NCBI RefSeq assembly: GCF_009914755.1
Contig: NC_060933.1
Source of the DNA: the human T2T-CHM13v2.0 reference genome, Homo sapiens
Length of the DNA: 64,000 bases
Direction: 5' to 3' (one strand)
The position numbers and the translations under genes are program-made. Shown one piece after another: positions 1 to 20,998 of this stretch. The notes under the pieces were generated by a model that saw only the letters and a list, made by a program, of their open reading frames with translations, ran no database searches and was not told where the DNA came from. Position 1 is the stretch's first letter. The number at the start of each line of letters is the position of its first letter.

Positions 1-360
1 TTCAGCTATGAATCCATCAGGTCCTGGACTTTTTTTTTCCATGGGAAATTTATTTATTACTGATTCAATCCTGCTACTCATTATTGGTCTATTCTGGTTT
101 TCAGTTTCTTCCTTCTTCAATCTTAGGAGGTTGTATGTTTCCAGGAATTTAGCCATTTCCTGGGGATTTTTTTGGTTTGTGAGCATGTAGTTGTTCATAA
201 TAGTCACAGATGAAATTTTGTTTTTCTGTGGTATCACTTGTAAGTCTTCTTTTCATTTCTGATTTTGTCTCTTCTCTTTTCTTGGTTGCTAGCAGTTTAT
301 CAATTTTGTTTCTCTTTTCAAAGAACCAACTTTTTGTTTCATTGCTCCTTTGAATGGTAT
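1..360 (-). mobile_element. L1 ORF2 fragment (old L1)
   Basis: Minus translation 'NETKSWFFEK..KIDKLLA' and the SPGPDGF-region sequence match L1 ORF2. Confidence 0.85.
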
Positions 361-1456
361 TCTTACATAGATGCAATGATAATATGTCCTATAGGCTTTA
401 GAAGAATCTTAGTGCATTGTCAAAGAAACATTTTTAGTTGAGCACATACATTATGAGCAAAGGAGTGGCATTAGATCTTCATAGTAGAAACAGTTATAGT
501 GTTTCTAATACATGTGTTTCTTAGAGAGAATCTAACAACATTGAAAGGGCCTACTCACAAAGGCCACTGTGCAAAGATAACAGGAAACTCCCCAAAAGCT
601 TATCTTCAAGTTAGCTGCATCAAGTCCTGTGGTGCTTGAAAATCTCTCCATTAATGCTGAATTGAAGACTACAGGGAGATGAAAAGACTGTAGGATTAAT
701 ATGCTTCATCACGATAATCTATAATATTAAGAAATAATTTAAAATTGTTGAACAAATATGTCATGGTGTATGTCCCAAAGGTTCATTATGGGCTATTGAA
801 TTAATAACTTTATAAATCTATTCACATATCACCTAAGACATAAAATTATTTTGAAAAGAAACAGTGGAATTTGATATACAAACATTTTAGAACTCGAATT
901 GCCTTGTAAAGATGTCCACATATGATTGGGAAAGAAGGCAGACCTTCCCAGAGGGAGTGAGTAAAGCATCATCAGCAAATAATAAGTTAAACAAAGTGAA
1001 TAAAAGCTTATTGTTAGGTATGTAATGTTTGTGACAATATTGTAGGAAATATTGTACATAAAATGCTGTATGGAGTATAAACTCAGATGTAACAGGATCA
1101 TATTTGAAAATAGTAAATATGTTTAATATTCTTCTTCTTAGTAAATCATGTTCCCTAGCCATCATTTTACCTTATTGCAATACCAATCCAAAAAGAGGAG
1201 AATAAGAGGCCATGTAGTTCCACATCAGCCCAGAAAAGGCGTCCCCTCTTTCTGGTCATGACAGATTATGAGAATGAAAAGGGGATGAAGGCAGAAAGTT
1301 CAGGAGGTGAGACACGTATCTAAACTCCTCTATCAGAGCTAAAGTCCCAGAAGTCAAGTCTTCTTAGCTACACTGAGGAACAAGTGAAGAAGAGATGATG
1401 ACTTTAATTTAGCTTCCTACTTGAGTTTTTGAAGGGAGATCACTTAGCAGGGTACT

Positions 1457-1650
1457 TGTGGTAGCCTGTTCAACAAATGTTTCCGGTTCTTTTCCCTTTC
1501 AGGTACACAGCATAATTGTAATTCCTGTCCACTTGAGGTAGGGTGGAACTATGTAACTAATTCTGCCCAATGACTTGTGAGTGGAAGTGGAAGCATTTGA
1601 TTACCAGAGTGAGACCATCCAGAGCTCTTCTTTTCCCTCTGGCACAGAGT
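1457..1650. mobile_element. MaLR LTR fragment (MLT1I/J-like)
   Basis: '...aattctgcccaatgacttgtgagtggaagtg...gtgagaccatccagagctc' resembles old MLT1 LTRs. Confidence 0.55.
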
Positions 1651-3371
1651 TTTTCACATGTCTTTCAAGACAACACATATATTAGCTGAGAATATGGGTA
1701 CAAATTAACAGAGGAAATGATCAGGAAGTTAATTGAGTCTGTAGTCAAGGGCAGAAATGCTACTCAATGCCAGCAATCAGGTAGGCCTTACAATCAGAGT
1801 TTGGAGTGCCTATAGCATCAGCAGAAATGATGTGGCACTCATCAGCAAAGGGCGATGTACTTGTTTCTGGGAGTATGGCCTATACCAACTGAATGGCCAG
1901 TGGGACGTAGCAACCACAGACTTTGGAAGTGGTGTTAAAGAAAACACCTGTGATTAAGTATAGATTAACTATACCTTAGTGATGTCATCTAAGGACCTAA
2001 GGACTGAAGGACCTGACCAGTGGAGACCAACACAGATACTCATATGTCCCAAGAAACTCTCTCCACCCACCCAATGCCATGAATTTACATGAGCCCTCAT
2101 ATGCCCAAATTCCACCTTGGAAAACATTAGCGAGAGGACATGAAAATCTGGAAGACAACACTTACTGGAAAAGATCTCATCTAAAATAGGCTATTCAACC
2201 CGTTAGAGATTAGGCCACTGACTTACATTTGGGTTTTTCCAAATCTAGGCAAATACTTCTGTATTAGTTTTGACTAAAAATGGAATTACAAGCAGGTAGT
2301 CATTTCCTATAACATCTCCAATACTAGAGGTTGTTGACGATACTGAAAAGAAAAATGATTAATTCATTTTCATGACATTTTCTAGGCTCTAAAGCAGGGA
2401 TCTTAAAAATCAGAGCAGCCAAATGCTTCTACTCTGTAGGATTAATCTATGGCAACATCTTAATGAGTCTTTTGCTTATCTGGTGCCTATCTTCACACAT
2501 GTTGACACCTATACATATTGGGTAAATTATGATATGATAAAGCTAAAAGTGCTGATCATAGGTAATGATAAATATCATTTGCACAAACAGCTTAATTCAC
2601 TCAGAATTGACATACCTGACTCCTTAACCATATTTACCATTGATGCTGTTATGTTTGACTGCAGATATCAGATTCATTTGACATTCAAAATGTCATTTAA
2701 TACAACTCAGAGGAAAGGGTGAAATAAAAATAAAGGGTCTATTGGCTCTCATATTTCTAGTAACTATTAGAAGAAGTAGTAAACAGAAGTTCATATCTCA
2801 TGGCTACAAGCAGAATGTTTCCCTGTACAGTCATACAACTTTATCAATGCTGTATTCCAAATGCTTTTTTATTAGATTTGAGTCACTGCACTTAAGATCT
2901 GGGAACACTGACCAGCTCCATCTGGCTGGCCTTTGTATCTGTGAACAAAGTAGAGAAATACAGAAGGGTTATAGTTTTTTTTGGGGGGGAAGCTGAGAAA
3001 AAAGGGTCACTATTATGAAGCTTGAGCCTAAACTTTTTGGATATATTAACATTAAATACAACATGTATCAGTAAACATTTAGATTTTATAAATTATATAT
3101 TTTAATAATTTTTATTATGTATTTATTTGAAAAAATCAGTTTTATACCATATTCTATTTTGAGATATTGCATTCTAATAAATAGTGGTGAGTTCATATGG
3201 CTAAAAGTGTCATAAAGAAATGCTTAGGGGTGAACTTTCCTATTGTAAGTATTTTCCTTGTATTTTGTAATCTGATTTTAAGCTATGGTGATCGGTTGTG
3301 CACTAATAATGGTATTTCTCAAAGGAAAAAATAGTATAATATAAAAAGTATTTCATAAAGTGCTCAATTAA

Positions 3372-3957
<586 letters not shown>

Positions 3958-3984
3958 TCTCCAAGGTTTATTGGTATTTGTCTT

Positions 3985-4200
3985 TTCCCTCTGTCTTCAC
4001 ATGGTCTTTCCTTTGTGTGTGTCTGTGTCCTAATCTCTTCAATATGACACCACTCATATTAGCTTCATATCCATCTCTATGACCTCATTTTACCTTGATT
4101 ACTTCTTTAAACGTTCTTTCTTCAGATATCACATTATGAGGTACTGGGGGTCAGGACTTCAACCTGTGAATTTTAGAGATACACAGTTCGGCCCACAACA
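3985..4200 (-). mobile_element. MLT1A/B-like LTR fragment
   Basis: 'gaggtactgggggtcaggacttcaac...cacagttcggcccacaaca' is the reverse complement of an MLT1 5' end. Confidence 0.65.
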
Positions 4201-4530
4201 TAAATGAACCTCGAAAACATTATGCTAAGTGAAATAAATGAGACATAAAAGGAGAGATATTGTATGATTACACTTACATGAGATACATGAATAGTCAAAT
4301 TCAGAGACAAAAAGTAGAAGAATGGTTACCAAGTCCTGGGGAAAGGGTTGGAGGAATGCGGAGTTATTGTTTAATGTGCAGTTTTGGGATGACACGAAAG
4401 TTCTGAAGGTGGATAGTTATGATAATTGCACAATAATGTGAATACACTTAATGCCACTGAATTGAATATTTAAAAATCGTCAAAAAGATAAATTTTATGT
4501 TATGCATATTTTACCACAATAAGAAAGAAA
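4201..4530 (+). mobile_element. L1MB-type 3' end
   Basis: 'aacctcgaaaacattatgctaagtgaaa...cacaataatgtgaatacacttaatgccactgaa...ttttaccacaataa'. Confidence 0.8.
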
Positions 4531-6245
<1,715 letters not shown>

Positions 6246-6260
6246 ATGTAAATTTCCTTT

Positions 6261-12074
<5,814 letters not shown>

Positions 12075-12543
12075 ATGTAAATTTCTTTTAAAGATAATTG
12101 ATTAAACAGAATGATAACAATGTGTTGTTATTGCAACATATGTATATACAAATAAAGTATATGACAACAAAGCATAAAGACTGAGAGGGGAGAAATGCAA
12201 GTATACTGTTGTAAGGTTTGAATAGTATATGTGAAATGGTATAATTCACTTGAAGCTAGATTGTGATAAGTTTAAGATATATACTACTACTCCACAGCAA
12301 ACACAAAATTAGCAAAATAAAGAATTATAATTTTAAGCCAAAAAATACCAGAGACAAGTCTCAATCAATTCAGAAGTTTATTTAGCCAAGGTTAAGGACA
12401 TACCCGTGACATAGCCTTAGGAGGTCCTGAGAACATTTGCCCAAGGTGGTCTGGCTACAGCTTGAATTTCCATGTTTTAGGGAGGTATAAGACATGAATC
12501 AGTACATGTAAGACATACACTGGTTAGGTCTGGAAAGGTGGGG

Positions 12544-13081
12544 TGTATTAGGGTTCTCTAGAGGGACAGGACTAATAGGATAAATGTATATGTGAAAGGG
12601 AGTTTATTAAGGAGTATACACTGTCACAAGGTGAAGTCCCAAAATAGGCCATCTGCAAGCTGAGGAGCAAGGAAGCCAGTCTGAATTCCCAAATCTCAAA
12701 AATAGGGAAGCCGACAGTGCAGCCTTCAGTCTGTGGCTGAAGGCCCAAGAGCCCCTGCCAAACCACTGGTGTAAGTCCAAAAGTCCAAAAGCCAAAGAAC
12801 TTGGAGTCCAATGTTCAAAGCCAGGAAGCATACAGCATGGGAGAAAATGAAGGCCAGAACACTCAGCCAGTCTAGTCCTTCCACATTCTCCTGCCTGCTT
12901 TATTTTAGCTGTGCTGGCAGCTGATTAGATGGTGCCCACCCAGATTGAGGGTGGGTCTGCCTCTTCTAGTCCACTGATTCAAATGTCAGTCTTCTTTGGC
13001 AACACCCTCACACATACACCCAGGAACAACACTTTGCACCCTTCATTCCAATCAAGTTGACACTCAATATTAACCATCACA
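12544..13081 (-). mobile_element. MLT2A (ERVL) solo LTR
   Basis: Reverse complement begins tgtgatggttaatattgagtgtcaacttgattgg; flanks tgggg/tggag look like a 5-bp TSD. Confidence 0.85.
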
Positions 13082-13453
13082 TGGAGTAATGTGAAGGGGG
13101 AGGAAGGGGCAGTGGGGGGGTTGTGGACTGCAAGTCATAAGTGGATTAAAAGATTTCCTGATTGGCAATGGGTTGAAAGCTTTTATCTAAAGACCTGGAA
13201 TTAATAGAAGGGTTAAAATAAGGGGCTGTGGAGACCAAGGTTTTTATTATGCAGATAAAGCCTCCAGGTAGCAGGCTTCAGAAAGAATAGATTGTAAATG
13301 TTTTTTATCAGACTTAAAAAGGTACCAAACTCAGTTAATTCTCTCCCGGATCAGGAAGAAGACCTGGAAATAAAAGGAGATTTTCTATAGAAGGTAGATT
13401 TTCCCACAAGAGACAGCTTTGCAGGGCCATTTCAAAATATGTTTAAGAAATAT

Positions 13454-13778
13454 AGCCAGGCACGTTGGCTCATGCCTATAATCCTAGCACTTTGGGAGGC
13501 TGAAGCAGGCAGATCACTTGAGGTCAGGAGTTTGAGACCAACCTGGCCAACATGGCAAAACCACGTCTCTACAAAAAATACAAAAAAATAAGCCAGGAAT
13601 GGTGGCAGGCACCTGTAATCCCAGCTATTCAAGAGGCTGAGGCAGGAGAATCACTTGAACCTGGGAGACGGAGGTTGTGGTGACTGAGCCAAGATCATGC
13701 CACTGCACTCCAGCCTGGGCAACAGAGGGAGACTCCATCTCAAAAAAAAAAAAAAAAAAGAAGAAGAGGGAGAGAAAA
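13454..13778 (+). mobile_element. AluS
   Basis: Full dimer; TSD aagaaatat. Confidence 0.95.
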
Positions 13779-14966
13779 GAAATATCTTTTGAGGTAAAAT
13801 ATTTTTATTTCTTTTAGGGCTTGCTGTCTGTCATGTTGATATCTTAATGGCTACCAAGAGTCTGTTTCATCAGTCGTAAGGTCTCTGTTTTAATGTTAAA
13901 TGCTGGTCAGCTGTGCCTGAATTCCAAAGGAAGGTGAGTATAGTGTGGCGTGTCTGACCTCTACTACCCATCATGGCCTGAACTGATTTTCCAGGTTAAC
14001 TTAGGAATGCCCTTGTTTGAGAGGAGGGGTCCATTCAATTGGTTGATGGGCTTAGAATTTTACTTTTGATTTACATGGTTAATGAACCAGAAAGGAAGAT
14101 GAAATGTAATAAAAATGTTTGATCCAAATGGAAAAAAAGAAGAAAAAAGAACAAAAATCAAAATTATCGACTCAAACCTAACTATATAAATAATCATATT
14201 AAATGTAAATGGTTTAAACACCTCAATTAAAAGTCAGGAATTGTCATATAATTTTTTTAGGAAGACCCAATTCTATGCTGCTTACAAGAAATACACTTTA
14301 TATATAAAGAAACAAAGAGGTTAAAAAATACATACCATGTTAACAGAAATCAACAGAAAGCTGATAAATCTAGCCAGACTAATCAGGCATTAGAAGAAAA
14401 AAATGCCAGTAGCAGGAATGAGAAAGGTGACATGATTTTAGGTTTTACAGATGTTAAAAGAATCATAATAAAATATTATATATAACTTCATGTCAATGAT
14501 TTCCACAATTGTCATAAAATAGATGAACTCCTTGAAATACACAAACTACCATATCTCACTCAAGAAGAAATACATAATCTGAATAGCCCTACATCTGTTA
14601 GAGAAATACAATTTGTAGTTACAAAACCTTCACATAAAGAAAATGCCAGGCCCAAGTGGTTTCACTAGTGAATTATATCAAATATTTAAGAAGTAATACT
14701 AATTTTACATGAACTCTTCATAGAAAATTTTTGAGATGGTAATTATTTCCTACCTCATTCTATGAAATTAGCATTACCCTGATATAAATGTCAAAGACAT
14801 TACAAGAAAAGTAAACTAGAGACAATATCTCTCATGACATTAGTTGAAAAAATGCAATTTTAGCAATTAAATTACAGCATTATGTAAACAGAATAACACA
14901 CAAGGACCAAGGGGGCTTATCCTAAGAATGTGAAATTGTTTGAACATTTAAAAATCAAACAGTGTA

Positions 14967-17635
14967 CTAAGAAGAAGGAAGACAAAAACAGAAATGAAAA
15001 AGACATTGCAACTGATGTCACAGAAATCCAAAGATCATAAGAAACTGCTGTGAGAAAAAATACACCAATAAACTCGATAACCTAGAATAAATGGATAAAT
15101 TCCTAGAAACATACAACCTACCAAGAGTGCATCATGAAAGAAATAGGAAATTTAAACAGGCAAACAGTAAATAAGGAGATCGAATCAGTAATAAAAAAAA
15201 CTCCCAACAAAGCAAAGCCTCCGACCTGATGACTCTGCTGCTGAAGTCTACCAAATATTTAAAGAAGAATTAATACCAATCATTTTAAAACTCTTCCCAA
15301 AAAATCAAAAAGGAGGGAATATTTCCAAACTCATTTCACGAGGCCAGCATTATGTGAATTTAAAGACAGACAAAGACACTACAAAAAGAAAACTACAGGT
15401 CTATGTCCCTGATTAATATAGATGCAAGGATCCTCAACAAAATAATTGCAAACCAAATTTAACAGCAAATTAATAGGATCATACACCAAGTGGGATTTAT
15501 CCCTGAGTTGCAGGGATGGTTCAACATGTGAAAATCAATTAATGTGATACAGTTAATAGAATAAAAGATAAAAATCACAAAATCATCTCAATAGATTTAA
15601 AAATAATAATTTGATAAAATTCGACACTTTTTCATGTTAGAAACTCTCAACAAACTAGGAAGAGATGGAAGTTACCTCAACATATTGAGGCCAGATATGA
15701 AAATCCCACAGCTAACACCACACTCAGAGTAAAAAACTAAAAGCTTTTCCTCTAATATCAGGAAAAAGACAGGGATGTTCACTTTTACCACTTCTATTCA
15801 ACATAGTAATGAAAGTCCTGCCCAGAATGATTATTCAAGATCAATACAAAAAATACATCAAGTTCAGAAGGAAGAAGTGAAATTGTACCTGTTTAAACAT
15901 GATCTAATATACAGAAAACTCTAAAGACTCCACAAAAAACTGTTAGAATTAATAAGTCAATTCAGCAAAGTAGTATGATAAAAAACAATATGTAAAAATC
16001 AATTGTATTTCTATACACCAAAAATAAACTCTCTGAAAGAAAATTAGGAAACCAATCCCATTTACAACATTATCAAAAATAATCAAATACTTAGGAATAA
16101 ACTTAGCCAAGGAGGTAAAAGACACACTGCAAACTGCAAAACATTAATTTAAGAAATTTAAAAGGACACAAGTAAATGGAAAGACATACTGTGTTCATAG
16201 ATTGGAAGTCTTAATATCTACACTACTCAAAGCAATCTACAAATTCAATTCAATCTCCATAAAAATCCTAATAGCATTTTTACAGACAGAGAAAAAACAA
16301 TTCTAAGATTCATATATAATTGGAAAGTACCCTGAATAGCCAAAACAATCTTGAGAAGAAAGAGCAAGGCTAGAGGCATCACTTCCTAATTTCAAAATAT
16401 ATTGCAAAGCTATAGTAATTAAAATAGTATGTTAACAGCATAAAGATAGACATTTAAGACCAATGGGTTAGAATAGGGAGCCAAGAAATAGATCTGTGTA
16501 TATACAGTCAATTGATCTTTGACATGGGTGCCAAGAATGCACAATCAGGAAAGGACAGTCTCTTCAACAAATGCTGCTGGGAAAACTGGATATCTCCATG
16601 CAAGAGTAGAACTGGATCCTTGTCTTATACCATAAACAAAAATTAAATCAAAATGGATTAAAAACTTAAATGCAAGGTGAGACTGTAAAGCTTCTATAAG
16701 AAAACACTGGGAAAAAGATTAATTTCCAAAATACGTTAGGAACTCAAACAACTCAGTAGATAAAACTAACAATCTGATTTTTTAAATGAGCAAAGGACTT
16801 GAATAGACATTTTTCCAAAGAAGAGAAATACCCACAGGTATATGAAAAGATGCTCAGTGTTACTAATCATCAGAAAAATGTAAATCAAAACCACAATGAA
16901 ATATTTCCTCACACCTGTCAGGATGATTATTATTAAAAAAAAAAAAAGACAAGTGTTGGAAGGGATGTGGAGAAATGGAACCTTTGTACATTGTTTGTGG
17001 GAATACACGATGGTGCATTTACTATGGGAAAAAAGTATGAACGGTCTTCAAAAAGTTAAAAACAGAGCCATTATATTGCTCCAATAATCCCACTTCTGAG
17101 TATTTATCCAAAAGAATTGAAATCAGGATCTTGAAGTAATATTACCATTCCTATGTTCATTGCAACACTATTCGTAATAGCTCAGATGTAGAAACAACAT
17201 TAATGTCCATTAACAGATAAATTCATAAAGCAAATGTGGTATAGACATACAATGGAAATAATATTCAGCATTAAAAAAGAAATTCTGCAATATGCACAAC
17301 ATGAATAAACCTTGAGGATATTATTCCAAGTGAAATAAGCCAATCACAGAAAGACAAATCCCGTATAATTTGCTTATCTTAGATAGTGAAAATATTAACA
17401 GTACAATTCATAGAATCAAAGAGTGGAATGGTGGTTGCCAGGATGGGAGTGAAAGGGAAGTGAGGAGTTGCTTATCAATGGGTATAAAATTTCATTAATG
17501 CAAGATGAATTAGCTTTAGAGATCTGCTGTATAATACTGTGCCTATAGTTAACAATATTTTATTGTATACTGAAAAATCTCATAAGAGAGTAGATCTCAT
17601 GTTATATTCTTACCACAATAAAATAAAAATTTTAA
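14967..17635 (+). mobile_element. 5'-truncated L1MA/L1MB (ORF2 + 3' UTR)
   Basis: Decayed ORF2; 3' end '...gtagatctcatgttatattcttaccacaataaa'; degenerate TSD aaaaatcaa(a/g)ca(g/c)tgta on both sides. Confidence 0.85.
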
Positions 17636-18405
17636 AAATCAAGCACTGTAGTTCACCAAATTGAGAAATTAAAAAAGAAAAGATCTTATCTCAGTATAAT
17701 CAGAAGAAAATAACTCTCAGCAAACTGGCACTAGCAGGAAACTTCTTCAACCTGATTAAGGTAATTTACAAAAAACCTACAGGTAATGTCACGCTTAATG
17801 AGTTTTCTCACATTTTTTCAACATTTCCAGAAAGATGGTTGACTTTGCTGGGTTTTCTTTCCTTTTCTTAACCTATAAGAACAATCTCTGTAACCTGCAT
17901 CCTTTGCCCACGAATGAACTCTGACTTCCTGAAACTCTAAGTGAGCAACTTGGTTGTTACTTCTGGAGGTATCAGCCTTCTGCTAATTGCATTTAAGATG
18001 CCATTGTAGAAAGTTTTGGCCACAGGACCTGGCTGGAAAACACTGGCCCCACTGGACTGTACTCTGTACTCAAACTTTCCTTAAGTATAAAGATTTGATA
18101 GAGAATGGCTTTTACATAGGAAGATCCTGGGGATGGTTAAGCACATGAGAAATGATTATTGGGGTTCTCTGAGAAAGAAAATTGTCAGAAGAGGCAATTG
18201 AATCACCGAGATCTACGAACTAATGTAGAATAAGTCACTGCAAGCATCAGCTTAGTTTCTCTCCAAATGAGAAAGCAGTCGTCAAACTCCTTCACATATC
18301 CTTGAAACATACGAACAATCTGGGCATCTGTTGTCTACACAGGGGTTGCTTCTCTTGAATTCTCTAAACATAATTTGGTACAATAGAGTATTAGTCTTTT
18401 GCATT

Positions 18406-18460
18406 TGTGTGTGTGTGTGTGTGTGTGTCTGTGTGTATACACACACAGACATACACACAT
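18406..18460. repeat. (TG)n/(CA)n microsatellite
   Basis: Read directly from the sequence. Confidence 0.9.
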
Positions 18461-19553
18461 ATGCCATACAATATTTTTTGAAGTTTTATTAAGTTTAATA
18501 ATTGAATGACTAATACTGCAGCTATGTCTAGCATATTGTGTTAGAAAGCATGCTTAGCCTCTCTGTAAGAGAGAGCCCCAGAGAACTGGGAACGTTTATC
18601 TATGTAGAACCATATATCTAGTAGAACCATAGAACATTTATCTATGTAGGCTGAATGTGCGATTTATCATATTCTCAACAATAATCCTATGCTTGGTGAA
18701 ATGTATAAGGGACCTTTGCGTACCTTTTTTTCTTTTTGCAACTTCATGTGAATCTACAATTATTTCAAAATAAAAAAATTTAAAAAGTACATGTGTCAAA
18801 AGAAATCTCTTGATAAACATAAAACAATAAAAAAGGAACCTTTGTCAGAAACACATGGATAGGCTCTCTGTGATTGTCTCTCATGGCTGTTGCTTAACTT
18901 GAATAAAAATTCACATCATGTCAAATATTACAAGCAACATTATCTGTGACATAGTCTATTGAAGCAGTCACATTGGCATTGGGGAGATACACAAACAAAG
19001 CAAACCATAGCCATCTGGTATTCTCAGCTTGTTTACAAAATCACTTAACAAGGCTAAGTTGAAGATGTGGAAATAGAGGTTCATCTGGGAGTGAATGGTC
19101 TCACCTGTCCCCGACTTACTTTTCTCTCTCTCCATTTCCCTCAGGGCTCAATGAAGAGGGAGTCATGAAGAATTTGGATGAGCAAGTGCCCCAGTCCTAT
19201 GTATTTATGTCTCCCCACTGATGTACAGTGCTCCATCTGTCATAAATATCTATCGACTCAATTCTGAGTCATTTACTGGACTTCTATTTTTTTTCCTTTG
19301 GGCTATTTCATCTATCAGGAGATTTGCCCCATGCTGTCTTGAAGGCTAACATTATGAATTTTGATTGGTGGTACGGCAGTTCCTTACATCTTATTATTAT
19401 TATTTTTATTCTACAGATTTGTTTTCAATTCTTCGGCCTTTGACTTTTTTTGTACGAAGGTAAGAATTATTAATAGTTGTTTAAATACTCAAAAAACACA
19501 GTGAAAATTTTTAGGGGAAATGCACTGAATATATCTATCAATTTGAAAATGGA

Positions 19554-19885
<332 letters not shown>

Positions 19886-20149
19886 TTATCTTACATATTA
19901 CTATATACATAATTCAGTGAATTATAGTATTCAAGAATATAGAATGAATTTTCATTTAGTTTTATAAATTTCCATGTTTCTTGATCTTATTGAGCATTCA
20001 AGGCAATCAATAAAATATACTCCTGATACTAGAAATTCCTTATATTTTTTGGGTATTTTTTGTGGCATCTGTACATTGCAAATACTTTCTACCAGTCTGA
20101 AGATTGGTTGTCACTTTGTTAGGTTTTCTTTAAGATGTTTTTTCTTTCT

Positions 20150-20443
20150 GGCCGGGCGCGGTGGCTCACGCCTGTAATCCCAGCATTTTGGAAGGCCAAG
20201 GCGGGCGGATCACTAGGTCAGGAGATCGAGACCATCCTGGCTAACACGGTGAAACCCCCTCTCTACTAAAAATACAAAAAATTAGCCGGGCGTGGTGGCA
20301 GGTACCTGTAGTACCAGCTACTCAAGAGGCTGAGGCAGGAGAATGGCGTGAACCCGGGGTCTGAGCTTGCAGTGAACCTAGATTGCGCCACTGCAGTCCA
20401 GCCTGGGTGACAGAGCGAGACTCTATTCAAAAAAAAAAAAAAA
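20150..20443 (+). mobile_element. AluY
   Basis: Y diagnostics, poly-A tail. Confidence 0.95.
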
Positions 20444-20583
20444 GAGATTTTTTTCTTTTCAATGTGGAAGAGTTAAATTATCTTTTCCTATTGTGGTTTT
20501 GTTTCAGACAGTATTCATAAGAAAATTCTCTTATTCTTTTTACTAAATGACTCACATATTTTGTTTCAAATTTAAGTTTTTAA

Positions 20584-20998
<415 letters not shown>

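Larger units (their letters stand above)
12335..14075 (-). mobile_element. MER4-group ERV1 LTR (MER4D/E-like), interrupted by MLT2A and an Alu
   Basis: Reverse complement begins tgtaaatcaaaagtaaaattctaagccc..., the MER4 5' end. Confidence 0.75.

Noticed and set aside
17820-18380. Unique sequence examined for pseudogene exons
   Set aside because: No recognisable translation in the frames inspected.
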